A stretch of DNA of 42,999 nt from positions 1 to 42,999 of the forward strand of contig SKXS01000071.1 of assembly GCA_007128345.1 (NCBI GenBank), given 5' to 3'. Below the pieces are notes generated by a model. The model saw only the letters and a list, made by a program, of their open reading frames with translations. It searched no databases and was not told the DNA's origin. Position numbers and translations under genes: made by a program. The DNA comes from Spirochaetia bacterium (GTDB lineage Bacteria > Spirochaetota > Spirochaetia > PWKH01). Positions 18,582 to 30,123 of this stretch are shown here, in pieces (positions within the stretch are counted from its first letter, which is position 1; the number at the start of each line of letters is the position of its first letter).

Positions 18582-21391
18582 TCATCCGGGGCGCACGGGT
18601 GCATAACTTGAAGAACATCGATCTGGACCTCAACCGGGACTCCCTTATCGTGGTATCGGGACTCAGCGGATCCGGGAAGTCGTCCCTGGCGTTTGACACC
18701 ATCTTTGCCGAGGGGCAGCGGAGGTATGTTGAGTCCCTCTCCGCATATGCCAGGCAGTTTCTCGGCAGGGTGGAAAAACCCGATGTCGACTATATAGAGG
18801 GGCTCTCGCCCTCCATCTCCATCGAGCAGAAGACCACCCACCGCAATCCCCGCTCAACGGTGGGCACCATCACCGAGATATACGACTACTACCGGCTCCT
18901 GTGGGCCCGGGTGGGACGGCCCCACTGTCCATCCTGCGGCAAGGAGATCAAGGAGCAGTCGGTGGACCAGATCATTGAACAGATCTGTGCATTTGGTGAG
19001 GGGGAGAGGATCATGATTCTCGCTCCCATGGTCAGGGGACGCAAGGGTGAGCACAAGGGAGTCTTCGAACAGGCGAGAAAGAACGGCTTTGTACGGGTTC
19101 GGGTGAACGGCGAGGTGAAGAGCCTCGATGAGCCGATATCTCTGGACAAGCAGTATAAGCATACCGTGGAGATTGTGGTGGACCGCCTTATGCTCTCCGG
19201 CGACTCACGCAAGCGCCTGGCGGACTCACTGGAGACCGCCTTGGAGATTACCGATGGTCTGGCGGCGGTACTCCACCTTGCTTCGGATGGTTCGGAAGCA
19301 ATCCGCACCTTCTCCGAGAAGAACTCCTGCGCGGCCTGCGGCATCAGCATACCCGAACTCCAGCCTCGGATGTTCTCCTTCAATAACCCCTACGGGGCAT
19401 GTCCTGACTGCTCCGGTCTGGGATACAAGAGCGAGTTCGACCCCGACCTTATCATTCCCGATCGCACCAAGTCCTTCAACCAGGGCGGCATCCTTACCTG
19501 GAATCCCGAGGCTGCATGGAACCGGAGCATATTCAGCGCCCTCTGTGCATACTACGGGTTCACCCTGGACACTCCGATGGAGGAGATTCCCGATGAAACG
19601 CTGCGGAAGATCCTCTACGGATCATCGGATACCATTCACGTGACCTATGTGAAGGAGCAAAACCGCGGATACTACGAGTATGACACCACCTTCAAGGGGA
19701 TTGTCAGCGACTTAAAAAGGCGGTACTACGAGACTAAATCGATGGGCATCAGGCAGTGGCTTGAAAAGTTCATGACCAACCAGAGCTGCGATACCTGCCG
19801 GGGTCTGCGGCTCCGCAGGGAGAGCATGGGGGTGCTGGTCAGCGGATCCGACATCATCTCGGTGACCAAGCGTTCCGTGGCACGCTCCCTGGAATTCTTT
19901 GAAACGCTGGTGCTCACGGAGACAGAGACAAATATTTCACGCCAGGTGCTCAAGGAGATACGTGCACGCCTGGAGTTTCTCCGTAATGTGGGTCTGGACT
20001 ACCTCACTCTGGACCGCAGCGCATCCACCCTTTCAGGAGGTGAAGCCCAGCGTATCCGCCTGGCGACCCAGATAGGCTCCTCCCTTACCGGGGTGCTCTA
20101 CGTCCTTGATGAGCCCTCCATCGGGCTCCATCAGAAGGACAACAGCAAGCTTCTGGATACCCTCAGGCAGCTTCGGGACATCGGCAATACCCTCATCGTG
20201 GTGGAGCACGATGAGGCGACTCTGCTTGCAGCGGACTGGATCGTGGACCTCGGCCCGGGAGCAGGGATACACGGGGGATATGTCACCGCCCAGGGAACTC
20301 CTGAACAGATAAAGGAGAATACCGCAAGCATCACCGGAGACTACCTGAGCAGACGCAAAGAGATTCCCATTCCGAACAAGCGCCGGAAGGGCAACGGGCA
20401 TCACCTGGTGGTCAGGGGGGCGTCGGAGCACAACCTCAGGCATATCGATGTCTCGGTTCCCCTGGGAGTGCTGACGCTGGTCACCGGTGTATCCGGGTCA
20501 GGCAAGTCAACCCTGGTCAATGAAATCCTCTTTCCTGCAGTGGCAAATCGGCTGCACCGCAAGCATACTCCCTGCGGTGCATGTGACGGCATCGAAGGGA
20601 TTGAGCACATCGATTCGATCATCAGCATTGACCAGAGTCCCATAGGCAGGACCCCCAGGTCCAATCCCGCTACCTACGTAGGAGTGTTCACCCCTGTCCG
20701 GGAGCTCTTTGCTTCGCTTCCCGATTCCAAAGCCAGGGGATATAAGCCGGGGCGGTTCTCCTTTAACGTCAAGGGAGGACGGTGCGAACACTGCCAGGGA
20801 GACGGGACGCTGAAGATTGAGATGCACTTCCTTCCGGATGTCTATGTCACCTGCGATGTCTGCAGGGGCAAGCGGTTCAACAGGGAAACCCTTGAGATCC
20901 GCTACAAGGGAAAGAACATCCACGATGTGCTGGAAATGACCGTCGAAGAGGCCCATGAGTTTTTTTCCGTCATCCCTTCGGTGAAGCGGAGGCTCGCTAC
21001 GCTCCAGTCCGTCGGCATGGACTACATCAAGCTCGGCCAGTCAGCCCTTACCCTGTCCGGGGGTGAAGCCCAGCGGGTGAAGCTCAGCCTTGAGCTCTCC
21101 AAGCGCAGTACCGGGAAGACCCTATTCATTCTCGATGAACCCACCACGGGGCTTCATTTCGATGACGTGAGAAAGCTGCTGGACGTTCTCCAGCGGCTGG
21201 TGAAGAGGGGGAACTCGGTGGTGGTGATTGAGCACAACCTGGACATCATCAAGAGCGCCGATTACATCATAGATCTCGGACCTGAAGGCGGGGAAGCAGG
21301 CGGCTTGATTGTTGCGCAGGGCAGTCCGGAAGAAATTAGTATGTGCAAAACCTCACATACGGGGTATTATCTAAGAGATGTGCTTTCGTAA
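18566..21391 (+). CDS. uvrA: Excinuclease ABC subunit A
   Basis: True start is [20 protein letters not shown] at 18566; the ORF track start at 18386 lies inside ispG. Two ABC modules ([26 protein letters not shown] twice) and zinc modules CPSCG / CPDCSG / CEHCQG...CDVC; 941 aa. Confidence 0.95.
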   Translation: MHKKLIIRGARVHNLKNIDLDLNRDSLIVVSGLSGSGKSSLAFDTIFAEGQRRYVESLSAYARQFLGRVEKPDVDYIEGLSPSISIEQKTTHRNPRSTVGTITEIYDYYRLLWARVGRPHCPSCGKEIKEQSVDQIIEQICAFGEGERIMILAPMVRGRKGEHKGVFEQARKNGFVRVRVNGEVKSLDEPISLDKQYKHTVEIVVDRLMLSGDSRKRLADSLETALEITDGLAAVLHLASDGSEAIRTFSEKNSCAACGISIPELQPRMFSFNNPYGACPDCSGLGYKSEFDPDLIIPDRTKSFNQGGILTWNPEAAWNRSIFSALCAYYGFTLDTPMEEIPDETLRKILYGSSDTIHVTYVKEQNRGYYEYDTTFKGIVSDLKRRYYETKSMGIRQWLEKFMTNQSCDTCRGLRLRRESMGVLVSGSDIISVTKRSVARSLEFFETLVLTETETNISRQVLKEIRARLEFLRNVGLDYLTLDRSASTLSGGEAQRIRLATQIGSSLTGVLYVLDEPSIGLHQKDNSKLLDTLRQLRDIGNTLIVVEHDEATLLAADWIVDLGPGAGIHGGYVTAQGTPEQIKENTASITGDYLSRRKEIPIPNKRRKGNGHHLVVRGASEHNLRHIDVSVPLGVLTLVTGVSGSGKSTLVNEILFPAVANRLHRKHTPCGACDGIEGIEHIDSIISIDQSPIGRTPRSNPATYVGVFTPVRELFASLPDSKARGYKPGRFSFNVKGGRCEHCQGDGTLKIEMHFLPDVYVTCDVCRGKRFNRETLEIRYKGKNIHDVLEMTVEEAHEFFSVIPSVKRRLATLQSVGMDYIKLGQSALTLSGGEAQRVKLSLELSKRSTGKTLFILDEPTTGLHFDDVRKLLDVLQRLVKRGNSVVVIEHNLDIIKSADYIIDLGPEGGEAGGLIVAQGSPEEISMCKTSHTGYYLRDVLS

Positions 21392-24300
21392 ATATGTGTG
21401 CCTGCTGCTGATGCTCTTCGGTCTAGCCCCGTTGTGCAGCTCGTACTCCCTCACAGAAGTGACCACCGCAAGTGACCGTGAACTGGTCTACATCGGCCGG
21501 ATGCTCGGCATTGATGATACCGATGATCCCCAGAAGCTCAAGGGGCTTATCATCGAACGTCTTGAACAGGAAGCAATAGAGGCAGTTCCTGAAGCGGCCT
21601 CCCGCTTTGACATACTCCGTGCGCAGTCCGTCCGCTCCATGGAGCACAATGACGTACGGATAATCATCATCACCGGGGACGTGGAGATACGCATCACCGG
21701 AGAGGAAGAGGTGAGCTTCCTGAAGGCCGAGGCGGTGATCCTGGACCAGCACACCCGGCATCTATTCGCATTTTCTGGTGCGCAGGCAGATATCGGTCCC
21801 CTGCTCAGCGCGCAGAAGATCAGTGCTGATGCACTGGTATTCTCTCTGGCAGATTCCAGCGGAGCGGTACTGTCGGGGGTCGCGCGGTTCGACCAGGAAT
21901 CCCCTGAAGCTTCATACTACCTCTCAGGAGAATTCATATCCATAACGAAGGAGCAGGAGGTCACCATCACCCGCGGGGTGCTGAGCACCAGAGAGCGTGA
22001 TCCCTACTTTTCCATCCATGCAGGTGAGCTCTCCCTCATGCCTGGAGGTGATATTTCCATACGCAGTGCATGGTTCTATCTGGGCAGGGTACCGGTATTC
22101 TACCTGCCCTACCTCTACTACCCGACGAGGACGCTGGTGTTCCATCCGGTGGCAGGCATTGATTCAAGGCGGGGATTCTTCACCCAGAGCACCTACTATC
22201 TTATGGGAACCCATTCCCGAGAAGACGAGGAGGGTGCGGGCATATTCCAGTTCTTTCTGGACGAAGCGGCAGGAGAAGCGTATGATCATCCTGACCGCTA
22301 CAGCTTCACCTACAAGCCTTCAGAAGATCCCGTGACGAAGGCACATGGCGATGGGGTGATGAAGATCATGACCGACACCTATGGCGGGATCGAAGGGGCT
22401 GCCCCTGAGGTGTTCATTGGATTTGACTACCGGGCGCGCACCCTCGCCAGATTCAGCAATGTCGTCCTTGCCGGAGGCATCTCACTGGGAGAGAAGCGCC
22501 AGGCACTCCCCTACGATATTCTTCCCCTGGAGCGTTTTGGTGCCTACGCGGATGTGAGCCTGCGCTACGCTGAAGGAAACTTCAGGGCTGCTGTGCAGCT
22601 GCCGTATTTCACCCAGCGGGAGTTCGGCCGGGACTTTCTCAGCCGGTTTGATCACTTTTCCCTGAGTCATCTCTACGGGGATGATCCTCCCTGGCCTGCA
22701 GCGGCTTCACTTCCGTCATCTCTGAACTGGAAAATTGAGATGAGCACCTCCAGACGGCGGCCCTCCGGATCACTGGTGGAACAGGTCAGCTTGAGTGAAC
22801 TCTCTGCATCCCTCTCCTGGAGGCTTGATGAGACCGACAACATCCGGCATTTTTCTCCCAGGACGCTGACCGCGCCGAACCTCTCATACCGCGTAAGCGG
22901 GACGGTCTTTTCCTATCAGGGGATCAGGTCTCCTCCATCATCACCGCAGACCGAGCGGGTGAGCGGAGGAGCCTACAGCCAGCGTATTCCATCGCCCTTT
23001 GATCCGGCTGAAGAGCGTATTGACCGTGAGGACGATGCTCCCAAGCTTCTTGCAGACCGCAGGATTCCCGAATCATCGCCGCAGGTCAGGTCTCCGGAAA
23101 GGCTCTCCCTGGGCTACCTCTGGGACCACACTGTGTCGCTGTCAATCCCGGTATCCGAGGATGACGATATTGCCGACTCCCGGTTCACCTCACGGCTGAC
23201 CCATACCCTCACGGGGCGCTACCAGCTCCTTGATGCCATGCTTGATGTCACCTCAATCCTCAGGACCCGGGTGAACTGGTTTGACCGGCCCTTCGGCGAA
23301 CGGCAAAGTGCAGATTTAAGCGCCTCTACCGCCAGCCAGCTTCATGACCTTTCCGTACGCCTCCCGGCATTGAATCTGACCTACCGCATGGATATCGAGA
23401 CCTACTATGAGCGGTTCCTCTACGAAGATGCCCAGGATCGTCAGAGGCGGACCTTCTCCTGGGACAAGGAGCAGTTCCGAGCCCACTCGCTTACCTACCA
23501 GGACACGTGGAAATTCCAGGAACAGCTGTCGATTGAAGCAAGGTCGGTGGTGCAGCTGCCTCCGCTTGACGAGTCGCTGAGCCAGCGGATCAAGCTGGAT
23601 GCAGGCAGAAGCACCTATCAGGCGGAAGGAGGGATAATACGCAAGGATGAAACGTGGGACCCCCTCCCGCTGAACCTCTCCTACCGCATGTCCCTGGGGG
23701 GCAGCCAGTTCTTTTCGCATACCCACGTCTTCGACCTGGATGACTGGTCATGGAAGGGGACCACACGTCTCCAGCTTTCCGTGCTCGGGGCAACTGTGAC
23801 CGATACGCTAAAGAGCTCATCAGTTGATCCCTACCTGGGCGAGAATATCCTCAGTGCAGCCTGGAGCGACTTCACCGTGCGGGTCACCACTGACCATCGC
23901 GACGATGACACCTACGGGATCACCACGCTGCAGACAAAGTACGACCTTACCATCCTGGAGGCGGGTTTCTGGAAAAACCGTATCCGGCTAACTGCTCAGG
24001 CAGCTGCAGATCTGCTGATTAATACCCAGAACGAGCTGTACAACAACCTGAATGTGACGACCCGGATATCATTCCGGATTGAGGAGTTTCTAAGCATCTC
24101 CTTCTCGTCAAGTTCCTATAACCGCACTCCCCAGCGATACCTGGGCAATCTGCCCCTGCTGGTCAGTGACATCATGGACTCACTGCGCTTTGACGATATT
24201 CAGGCCCGCCGGGCTTCACCCTTCAAGATCAGCACCTATACGCTCTCGGCAGTGCACTATATGCCTGACTGGGATCTGCACCTGGATGTGGTGGGGAGGG

Positions 24301-24404
24301 TGCAGCTGGTTGAAGGAACCTGGGATCTGGTCCATGAAGTCCATGTCTACCTTTCGTGGAAGCATATTCCGGAGCTCACGTTTGACCGCAGAAGTACCTG
24401 GTAG
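21378..24404 (+). CDS. lptD: LptD-like large outer-membrane beta-barrel protein
   Basis: Signal peptide [22 protein letters not shown]. The segment [19 protein letters not shown]...DSRRGFF matches the LptD hallmark as I recall it from E. coli (GPVPIFYSPYLQLP...RRSGFL). The last residue is Trp. An alternative GTG start lies at 21396. Confidence 0.65.
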   Translation: MCFRKYVCLLLMLFGLAPLCSSYSLTEVTTASDRELVYIGRMLGIDDTDDPQKLKGLIIERLEQEAIEAVPEAASRFDILRAQSVRSMEHNDVRIIIITGDVEIRITGEEEVSFLKAEAVILDQHTRHLFAFSGAQADIGPLLSAQKISADALVFSLADSSGAVLSGVARFDQESPEASYYLSGEFISITKEQEVTITRGVLSTRERDPYFSIHAGELSLMPGGDISIRSAWFYLGRVPVFYLPYLYYPTRTLVFHPVAGIDSRRGFFTQSTYYLMGTHSREDEEGAGIFQFFLDEAAGEAYDHPDRYSFTYKPSEDPVTKAHGDGVMKIMTDTYGGIEGAAPEVFIGFDYRARTLARFSNVVLAGGISLGEKRQALPYDILPLERFGAYADVSLRYAEGNFRAAVQLPYFTQREFGRDFLSRFDHFSLSHLYGDDPPWPAAASLPSSLNWKIEMSTSRRRPSGSLVEQVSLSELSASLSWRLDETDNIRHFSPRTLTAPNLSYRVSGTVFSYQGIRSPPSSPQTERVSGGAYSQRIPSPFDPAEERIDREDDAPKLLADRRIPESSPQVRSPERLSLGYLWDHTVSLSIPVSEDDDIADSRFTSRLTHTLTGRYQLLDAMLDVTSILRTRVNWFDRPFGERQSADLSASTASQLHDLSVRLPALNLTYRMDIETYYERFLYEDAQDRQRRTFSWDKEQFRAHSLTYQDTWKFQEQLSIEARSVVQLPPLDESLSQRIKLDAGRSTYQAEGGIIRKDETWDPLPLNLSYRMSLGGSQFFSHTHVFDLDDWSWKGTTRLQLSVLGATVTDTLKSSSVDPYLGENILSAAWSDFTVRVTTDHRDDDTYGITTLQTKYDLTILEAGFWKNRIRLTAQAAADLLINTQNELYNNLNVTTRISFRIEEFLSISFSSSSYNRTPQRYLGNLPLLVSDIMDSLRFDDIQARRASPFKISTYTLSAVHYMPDWDLHLDVVGRVQLVEGTWDLVHEVHVYLSWKHIPELTFDRRSTW

Positions 24405-24455
24405 TATGCATCTTGATTTTTTTTTATAGTGAGCGCACAATGATCAGGGAGGTAT

Positions 24456-25427
24456 GTGCCTGTTTTGCAAAGAGTATTTAACGATCTGACGGAGCTCCGG
24501 TCCTTGTGCGGACCCCATGACCGGAACCTTGATATCCTTTCGGACATGCTGGGGACAAAAATATGCACCCGGGGCAACGAGCTGATCCTCCCTGAGGCGA
24601 CGGATGAGCAGCAGCAGCTGTTTACCAATATAGTTGACTACCTGCAGCGCCTGCACAAACGCGGCAGAATCATAGACACCTATGTGATCAGGACCCTGCG
24701 GGACATCATGGATACAAAGCCCGAAGCTGAAGTAGGCAGGTTTGTTGACATCTGTGTGCAGATCCCGGCGGGTCCTTCCATCTATCCCAAAAACGCCAGG
24801 CAGAGTGAGTACCTCATGAAGATGGAGGAGCATGACATCGTCTTCAGCATCGGCCCCGCAGGTACCGGGAAGACCTTCCTTGCGGTGGCAAAGGCCACCC
24901 AGGCTATTTTGGACCACGAGAAGCACAAGCTCATCCTCACCAGACCGGTGGTGGAGGCGGGGGAGAGCCTCGGTTTTCTGCCCGGGGACCTCTCCCAGAA
25001 GATCAGCCCCTATCTGCGTCCCCTCTACGATGCTCTTGAGATGCTCATGCCCATCTCTACGATCAGGAAGCTTGAGGAGAGCGGAGTCATAGAGGTTGCC
25101 CCGCTGGCGTATATGCGGGGGAGGAACCTCTCGAACTGCTTTATCATTTTGGATGAGGCCCAGAATACGACACGGGAGCAGATGAAGATGTTCCTTACCC
25201 GTATGGGTTCGGGATCCAGGATGGTGATCACCGGTGACGTGACCCAGATCGACCTGCCGAATCCGCAGCGGTCGGGACTGCGCCATGTCACCAAGCTGCT
25301 GCACTCCATAGACGAGATTGCTTTCTCGTACTTCACCTCCCGGGATGTAATCCGTCACCGGCTGGTGAAGATGATCATAGATGCATATGACCAGGAAAGG
25401 AAAGATGAACTCACTAAACACCGTTGA
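24456..25427 (+). CDS. phoH: PhoH-family ATPase (YbeZ-type, in phoH-ybeY-corC cluster)
   Basis: GPAGTGKT Walker A and ILDEAQN Walker B. The GTG start is only 3 nt after GGGAGG, so the TTG at 24465 is a possible alternative. Confidence 0.9.
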   Translation: MPVLQRVFNDLTELRSLCGPHDRNLDILSDMLGTKICTRGNELILPEATDEQQQLFTNIVDYLQRLHKRGRIIDTYVIRTLRDIMDTKPEAEVGRFVDICVQIPAGPSIYPKNARQSEYLMKMEEHDIVFSIGPAGTGKTFLAVAKATQAILDHEKHKLILTRPVVEAGESLGFLPGDLSQKISPYLRPLYDALEMLMPISTIRKLEESGVIEVAPLAYMRGRNLSNCFIILDEAQNTTREQMKMFLTRMGSGSRMVITGDVTQIDLPNPQRSGLRHVTKLLHSIDEIAFSYFTSRDVIRHRLVKMIIDAYDQERKDELTKHR

Positions 25428-25863
25428 GGTTTCAGGGGATGCCCCCGGAGATGTGGAGGAACTGGTACGCTTCGTCCTCCATGAGAAGGGGATCTCAGGT
25501 GCCGAAGTTTCGGTGCACTTCTGTGATGCCGAGGAGATCGCCAGGCTCAACAGAGAGTACCGGGGCATAGACGCTCCAACGGACGTGCTTTCTTTTCCCA
25601 TGCATGAATCGCTTTCAGCGATGATGGATGCGCTCTCCCTCACTCCATCGGTGCTGCTTGGCGATCTGGTGCTGTCAGAACCGGTAATCAGGCAGAACTG
25701 TGAAACCTACGGGGTCTCCTTTTCTGAAGAATTAACACGGCTGGTAATCCATGGTATGCTTCACCTGCTTGGGGAGACCCACCAGGGATATGACCATGGG
25801 GATCCCATGCTCGCCGAACAGGAACGGCTGGTAAAGCGGCACCTGGAAGCGAAGGAGCAGTAA
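25405..25863 (+). CDS. ybeY: rRNA maturation endoribonuclease YbeY
   Basis: Zinc motif HGMLHLLGETH. The ATG at 25405 is preceded by AGGAAAGGAAAG; the ORF track start is 25381. It overlaps the phoH end by 23 nt. Confidence 0.9.
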   Translation: MNSLNTVEVSGDAPGDVEELVRFVLHEKGISGAEVSVHFCDAEEIARLNREYRGIDAPTDVLSFPMHESLSAMMDALSLTPSVLLGDLVLSEPVIRQNCETYGVSFSEELTRLVIHGMLHLLGETHQGYDHGDPMLAEQERLVKRHLEAKEQ

Positions 25864-25868
25864 ACTAC

Positions 25869-26645
25869 ATGAAATCTTTTTTCAAAAAGTTATTTGCCCC
25901 GCGGGAGGAAGGAAAACCTGAGGGGGTTGACGCCCTCGGCCATGAACGCAGGAACATGATTCAGGGAATCGTCGACCTCTCCGATACCTCGGTTAAGGAG
26001 GTGGTGGTTCCACGGATAGACGTGGTGTTCATTTCCCATGACGCCTCCCAGAAGGAGCTGCTCTCTCTCATTGTGTCCCATGGGTATTCTCGCTACCCGG
26101 TCTACCGGGACACCATCGACAACGTCATCGGCATCCTCTATGTAAAGGATCTCTTTACCTATATCCAGGAGCACAAGCCTATATCATTGGAGCAGATTAT
26201 CCGCAAGCCCTTCTTTGTGCCCGAGAGCAAGAAGCTTGATTCCCTGCTGCGGGAATTCAAGCGCAGGAAGGTGCATATAGCCATAGCCGTGGATGAGTAC
26301 GGCGGCGTGTCGGGCATCATAGCCCTGGAGGACATCATTGAAGAGATTGTAGGTGACATCCAGGACGAATTTGACGACGAGAAAGAAGATATCATCAAGA
26401 TTGGCGAGCATATGTATTTGTGTGATGCCCGGGCTGAGATAGAGGACATCAACCTGGCGGCGGGCATATCCCTGCCTGAGGAACCCTTCGAGACTCTGGG
26501 GGGGTTCGTCTTTGACCTCTTCGGCAAGATTCCCGTCACCTTCGAGAAAACTACCTACGGAAACGTGGATATTATCGTGCAGAGTATTGAAGGCCATAAG
26601 ATAAACACGGTGAAATTGGTAGTCCGGGAAACCGATGTGAATTGA
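25869..26645 (+). CDS. corC: CBS-pair + CorC/HlyC-domain protein (CorC/YbeX-like, no DUF21 membrane domain)
   Basis: 258 aa with two CBS motifs (VVPRIDV..., GIIALEDIIEEIVGDIQDE) and a transporter-associated C-terminal domain. It occupies the conserved position after ybeY. Confidence 0.8.
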   Translation: MKSFFKKLFAPREEGKPEGVDALGHERRNMIQGIVDLSDTSVKEVVVPRIDVVFISHDASQKELLSLIVSHGYSRYPVYRDTIDNVIGILYVKDLFTYIQEHKPISLEQIIRKPFFVPESKKLDSLLREFKRRKVHIAIAVDEYGGVSGIIALEDIIEEIVGDIQDEFDDEKEDIIKIGEHMYLCDARAEIEDINLAAGISLPEEPFETLGGFVFDLFGKIPVTFEKTTYGNVDIIVQSIEGHKINTVKLVVRETDVN

Positions 26646-26723
26646 CACGTAAGGCGCTCTTTCAGTATATTAGTGACCATAGTATAAATTATTATCCATT
26701 TTATTTTGTTCCGGGAGGATCAC

Positions 26724-27725
26724 ATGAAGATTGCTATTAACGGATTTGGAAGAATTGGAAGGAACGTGTTCAAGCTTGCGTTTGACCAGAAGGGCATTGA
26801 CGTGGTTGCCATTAACGACCTCACCAGCCCCGAGACCCTGGCGCATCTGCTCAAGTACGATTCGACCTACGGAGTATATGACCGGAAGGTTGAGGTAAAG
26901 GGCGATGCCATGGTGGTGGACGGCAAGGAGATCAAGATCCTCGCAGAACGGAACCCAGCGTCGCTTCCCTGGAAAGCAATGGGAGTTGACGTGGTGATTG
27001 AGTCCACCGGCGTCTTCACGCACGCTGAGAGTCCCAAGGGCGGCTACAAGGACCACATCAAGGCGGGAGCTAAGAAGGTTCTCCTGACGGTTCCGGCGAA
27101 GGATACCATAGATCAGACCATCGTACTCGGCGTCAATGATGATTCCCTGGATCTCTCCCTTGAAGCCTATTCCAACGCATCGTGTACTACCAACTGTCTT
27201 GCACCGATTGCCAAGGTGCTCCATGACAATTTTGGGGTGGTGAAGGGACTCATGAATACGATTCATGCCTACACCAATGACCAGAATATCCTGGACTTCC
27301 CCCATTCTGACCTTAGGCGTGCGCGGTCAGCCGCTCTTTCGATCATCCCCACCACCACCGGTGCCGCAAAAGCGGTCGGTCTGGTGATTCCCGATCTGAA
27401 CGGAAAGCTCAACGGCATGGCCCTTCGTGTTCCGGTACCCACTGGCAGCGTGGTAGACCTCACGGTGGAGCTGGAGAAGGACTGCACGGTTGAGGAACTC
27501 AATGCAGCCATGAAGGCAGCGGCTGAAGGTCCCATGAAGGGAGTGCTCCAGTATACCGAAGATCCCATCGTATCAGCAGACGTGCGCGGGAACCTCCATT
27601 CATCCGTATTTGACGCGCAGTGCACCATGAAGCTCGGTGAGAAGTTTTTCAAGGTGCTTTCATGGTATGATAACGAGATGGGGTATTCAGCGCGGGTAGT
27701 GGACCTGGCGAAGAAGCTTGTCTAA
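26724..27725 (+). CDS. gap: Type I glyceraldehyde-3-phosphate dehydrogenase
   Basis: [13 protein letters not shown] and catalytic [12 protein letters not shown]. The ATG at 26724 lies 6 nt after GGGAGG; the ORF track start 26706 is a TTG. Confidence 0.95.
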   Translation: MKIAINGFGRIGRNVFKLAFDQKGIDVVAINDLTSPETLAHLLKYDSTYGVYDRKVEVKGDAMVVDGKEIKILAERNPASLPWKAMGVDVVIESTGVFTHAESPKGGYKDHIKAGAKKVLLTVPAKDTIDQTIVLGVNDDSLDLSLEAYSNASCTTNCLAPIAKVLHDNFGVVKGLMNTIHAYTNDQNILDFPHSDLRRARSAALSIIPTTTGAAKAVGLVIPDLNGKLNGMALRVPVPTGSVVDLTVELEKDCTVEELNAAMKAAAEGPMKGVLQYTEDPIVSADVRGNLHSSVFDAQCTMKLGEKFFKVLSWYDNEMGYSARVVDLAKKLV

Positions 27726-27738
27726 GAGGGGTATGTGC

Positions 27739-28932
27739 ATGGGCGTACGGACTGTCAGAGACTTTGACATGAAGCATAAGCGGGTCCTCGTCCGGGTTGA
27801 CTTCAACGTGCCTATCAAGGACGGGAAGATAACCGACGCGACGCGGATTGAGACGGCAATTCCGACGATTTCCTACATCCTTGAACAGGAGGGGTCGTCG
27901 GTCATCGTCATGTCCCATCTGGGAAGACCGAAGGGCAAGCGGGATGAGGCCTACAGCCTCGCCCCGGTTGCCGAGAAGTTCAGCGAACTCCTTGGCCGTC
28001 CGGTGCGCATGGCCCCAGACTGCGTGGGAGAAGAGACCGAGGCTATGGCAGGACGGCTTGCAGCAGGCGAGGTGCTGCTGCTTGAGAACGTTCGGTTTCA
28101 CAAAGAGGAGACGGAAAACGATCCTTCATTTGCGCAGAGGCTCGCGTCACTGGGTGATATATTTGTAAACGACGCCTTTGGAAGCGCCCACCGGGCCCAT
28201 GCTTCGACCGAGGGCGTGACGAAGTTTCTTCCGTCGGCAGCCGGCCTGCTTGTTGAGAAGGAGGTCGCCTTTTTCGGTAAGCTGCTGCACAACCCGGAAA
28301 AACCCTTTGTAGCGATTATCGGTGGCGCAAAGGTCTCCTCAAAGATAGGCGTGCTTGAATCTCTTCTGAAAACGTGTGATACTATTGTAATCGGCGGGGC
28401 TATGGCGTATACGTTCCTGCGGGTCATAGGATACAGCACGGGAAATTCGTTGGTTGAAGAGGAGTATCTCGATACTGCCAGAAAGTTTCTCGATGAAGCA
28501 AAACAGCTTCAAACCCAGATCATCCTGCCTGTAGATCATATGGCCGCTGTATCCTTTACGGAGGATGCAGAGCCTGTGGCAGTTGAAGGTGTAGATGTGC
28601 CCGAAGGGCTTATTGGCATGGACATCGGTCCCAGGACACTGGAAGTGATCAGAAAGGCCCTGAAAGATGCCAGGTCCATAGTATGGAACGGTCCTATGGG
28701 GGTCTTTGAGTTTCCCGCATTCGCCAAGGGCACCTTGGAAGTTGCGGAAATGGCTGCCGCCTCAGCGGGGACCACAGTGGTGGGCGGCGGGGATTCAGTG
28801 GCAGCGGTCAACGCCTTCGGGCTTGCTGACCGGATAGATCACGTGTCTACCGGGGGAGGCGCCTCCCTTGAATTTCTGGAAGGAAAGGTGCTTCCGGGCA
28901 TTGCAGCCCTCGAGGAAGCACAGAACGTATAA
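27739..28932 (+). CDS. pgk: Phosphoglycerate kinase
   Basis: VLVRVDFNVP, MSHLGRPKG and STGGGASLEFLEG. Start chosen at MGVRTVRDFD, with AGAGGGG 7 nt upstream; alternatives are 27733 and 27718. Confidence 0.95.
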   Translation: MGVRTVRDFDMKHKRVLVRVDFNVPIKDGKITDATRIETAIPTISYILEQEGSSVIVMSHLGRPKGKRDEAYSLAPVAEKFSELLGRPVRMAPDCVGEETEAMAGRLAAGEVLLLENVRFHKEETENDPSFAQRLASLGDIFVNDAFGSAHRAHASTEGVTKFLPSAAGLLVEKEVAFFGKLLHNPEKPFVAIIGGAKVSSKIGVLESLLKTCDTIVIGGAMAYTFLRVIGYSTGNSLVEEEYLDTARKFLDEAKQLQTQIILPVDHMAAVSFTEDAEPVAVEGVDVPEGLIGMDIGPRTLEVIRKALKDARSIVWNGPMGVFEFPAFAKGTLEVAEMAAASAGTTVVGGGDSVAAVNAFGLADRIDHVSTGGGASLEFLEGKVLPGIAALEEAQNV

Positions 28933-28942
28933 GGAATGGTGA

Positions 28943-29698
28943 ATGATGAGAACATACTACATTGCTGGCAATTGGAAGATGAACATGACTGCGTCTGAGG
29001 CGAGGGATTTTGCCCAGAAACTGGTGAAGAAGCTCGACGGCTCGGATGTGAAAATCATGGTAGCCCCTCCCTTTACCGCACTGGAATCGGTGTCGTCCAT
29101 CGTTCGGGGAACCTCAATAGTGCTGGGCGCGCAGAATATGTGCCATAAGGAATCCGGCGCCCATACGGGAGAGGTTTCAGCTGATATGCTCCTGGACCTT
29201 GACGTATCGACGGTCATACTGGGACATTCAGAGCGCCGGGCGATCTACAAAGAGACCGATTCGCATATCAACGAGAAGGTTCGCCTGGCCCTTGCCAAGG
29301 GTCTTGAAGTGATCTTCTGCGTAGGAGAGACCCTGGAAGAGCGAGAATCAGGCAAGGTTGAGGATGTGGTGCTTACGCAGGTGCGGGAAGGTCTCGCTTC
29401 TGTTGAGGCCTCGCAGCTCAGCAGCTTGGTCATCGCGTACGAACCGGTCTGGGCTATAGGTACGGGGAAGACTGCTACACCGGAGGACGCTAACGCGGTG
29501 CACAAGCTGATACGTGATGAGATGAGAAGAAGCTTCGGCGATGAAGCAGCAGATGCAATGATCATCCAGTACGGCGGTTCAGTCAAGCCGGATAATGCCG
29601 CTGAGCTTATGTCCCAGAGCGATATTGACGGGGCACTGGTAGGCGGAGCTTCCCTGGATGTTGATTCCTTTGCTGCAATTGCGCAGTTTAATGCATAG
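28943..29698 (+). CDS. tpiA: Triose-phosphate isomerase
   Basis: AGNWKMN, GHSERR and AYEPVWAIGTGKTA. Confidence 0.95.
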   Translation: MMRTYYIAGNWKMNMTASEARDFAQKLVKKLDGSDVKIMVAPPFTALESVSSIVRGTSIVLGAQNMCHKESGAHTGEVSADMLLDLDVSTVILGHSERRAIYKETDSHINEKVRLALAKGLEVIFCVGETLEERESGKVEDVVLTQVREGLASVEASQLSSLVIAYEPVWAIGTGKTATPEDANAVHKLIRDEMRRSFGDEAADAMIIQYGGSVKPDNAAELMSQSDIDGALVGGASLDVDSFAAIAQFNA

Positions 29699-29712
29699 AA
29701 AATGGAGTTTGT

Positions 29713-30069
29713 ATGGGTATAATAAGTATTGTATTTCTCATACTGTTTGTGATTGTTTCTTTTGTGCTCATTCTCCTGGTAGTTATTCAGAATGAAAACA
29801 GTCAGGGGCTGGGGGGCATTTTCGGAGGGAGCAGCGATACCACCTTCGGAGCTCGGTCGGGCACTATCCTGACAAAGATCACCTATACGGTGGCGGGGGT
29901 ATTCCTTGGACTGACGTTCATACTCGCATTTATCAACCGGACACCCTCCGGAGATGGACTGCTTGAACGCGCAGGTCCGGCTCAGCAGGGACAGGAATGG
30001 TGGTCCATGCCGGCAGAGGATATAACACCGCCGGCAGATGATGAGCTTCCAGAAGCACAGGGCAATTAA
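29713..30069 (+). CDS. secG: Preprotein translocase subunit SecG
   Basis: Two TM helices flanking the Gly-rich loop QGLGGIFGGSSDTTFGARSG. It holds the classic position after tpiA and carries an acidic C-terminal extension. Confidence 0.85.
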   Translation: MGIISIVFLILFVIVSFVLILLVVIQNENSQGLGGIFGGSSDTTFGARSGTILTKITYTVAGVFLGLTFILAFINRTPSGDGLLERAGPAQQGQEWWSMPAEDITPPADDELPEAQGN

Positions 30070-30075
30070 TACTGA

Positions 30076-30103
30076 CTTCAGGCCGCTGTACAGCGGCCTG
30101 AAG
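30076..30103 (+). terminator. Perfect 13-bp GC-rich hairpin after secG (no U-tract)
   Basis: CTTCAGGCCGCTG-ta-CAGCGGCCTGAAG, 7 nt after the secG stop. The downstream sequence ctggttcagg lacks a T run, so it may be a terminator, a processing site or a stabilising element. Confidence 0.45.
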
Positions 30104-30123
30104 CTGGTTCAGGCGGGTCATCT

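Noticed and set aside
24417-24425. T9 run after the lptD-like gene as a terminator
   Set aside because: I could not find a stable stem immediately upstream of the T run. It may just be AT-rich promoter DNA for phoH.
24444-25643. 399-aa minus-strand ORF covering all of phoH and part of ybeY
   Set aside because: It is exactly antisense to two genes with unmistakable motifs (GPAGTGKT, HGMLHLLGETH). The translation is Arg/Leu/Gly/His/Pro-rich low-complexity sequence with no RBS, typical of a shadow ORF in GC-rich coding DNA.
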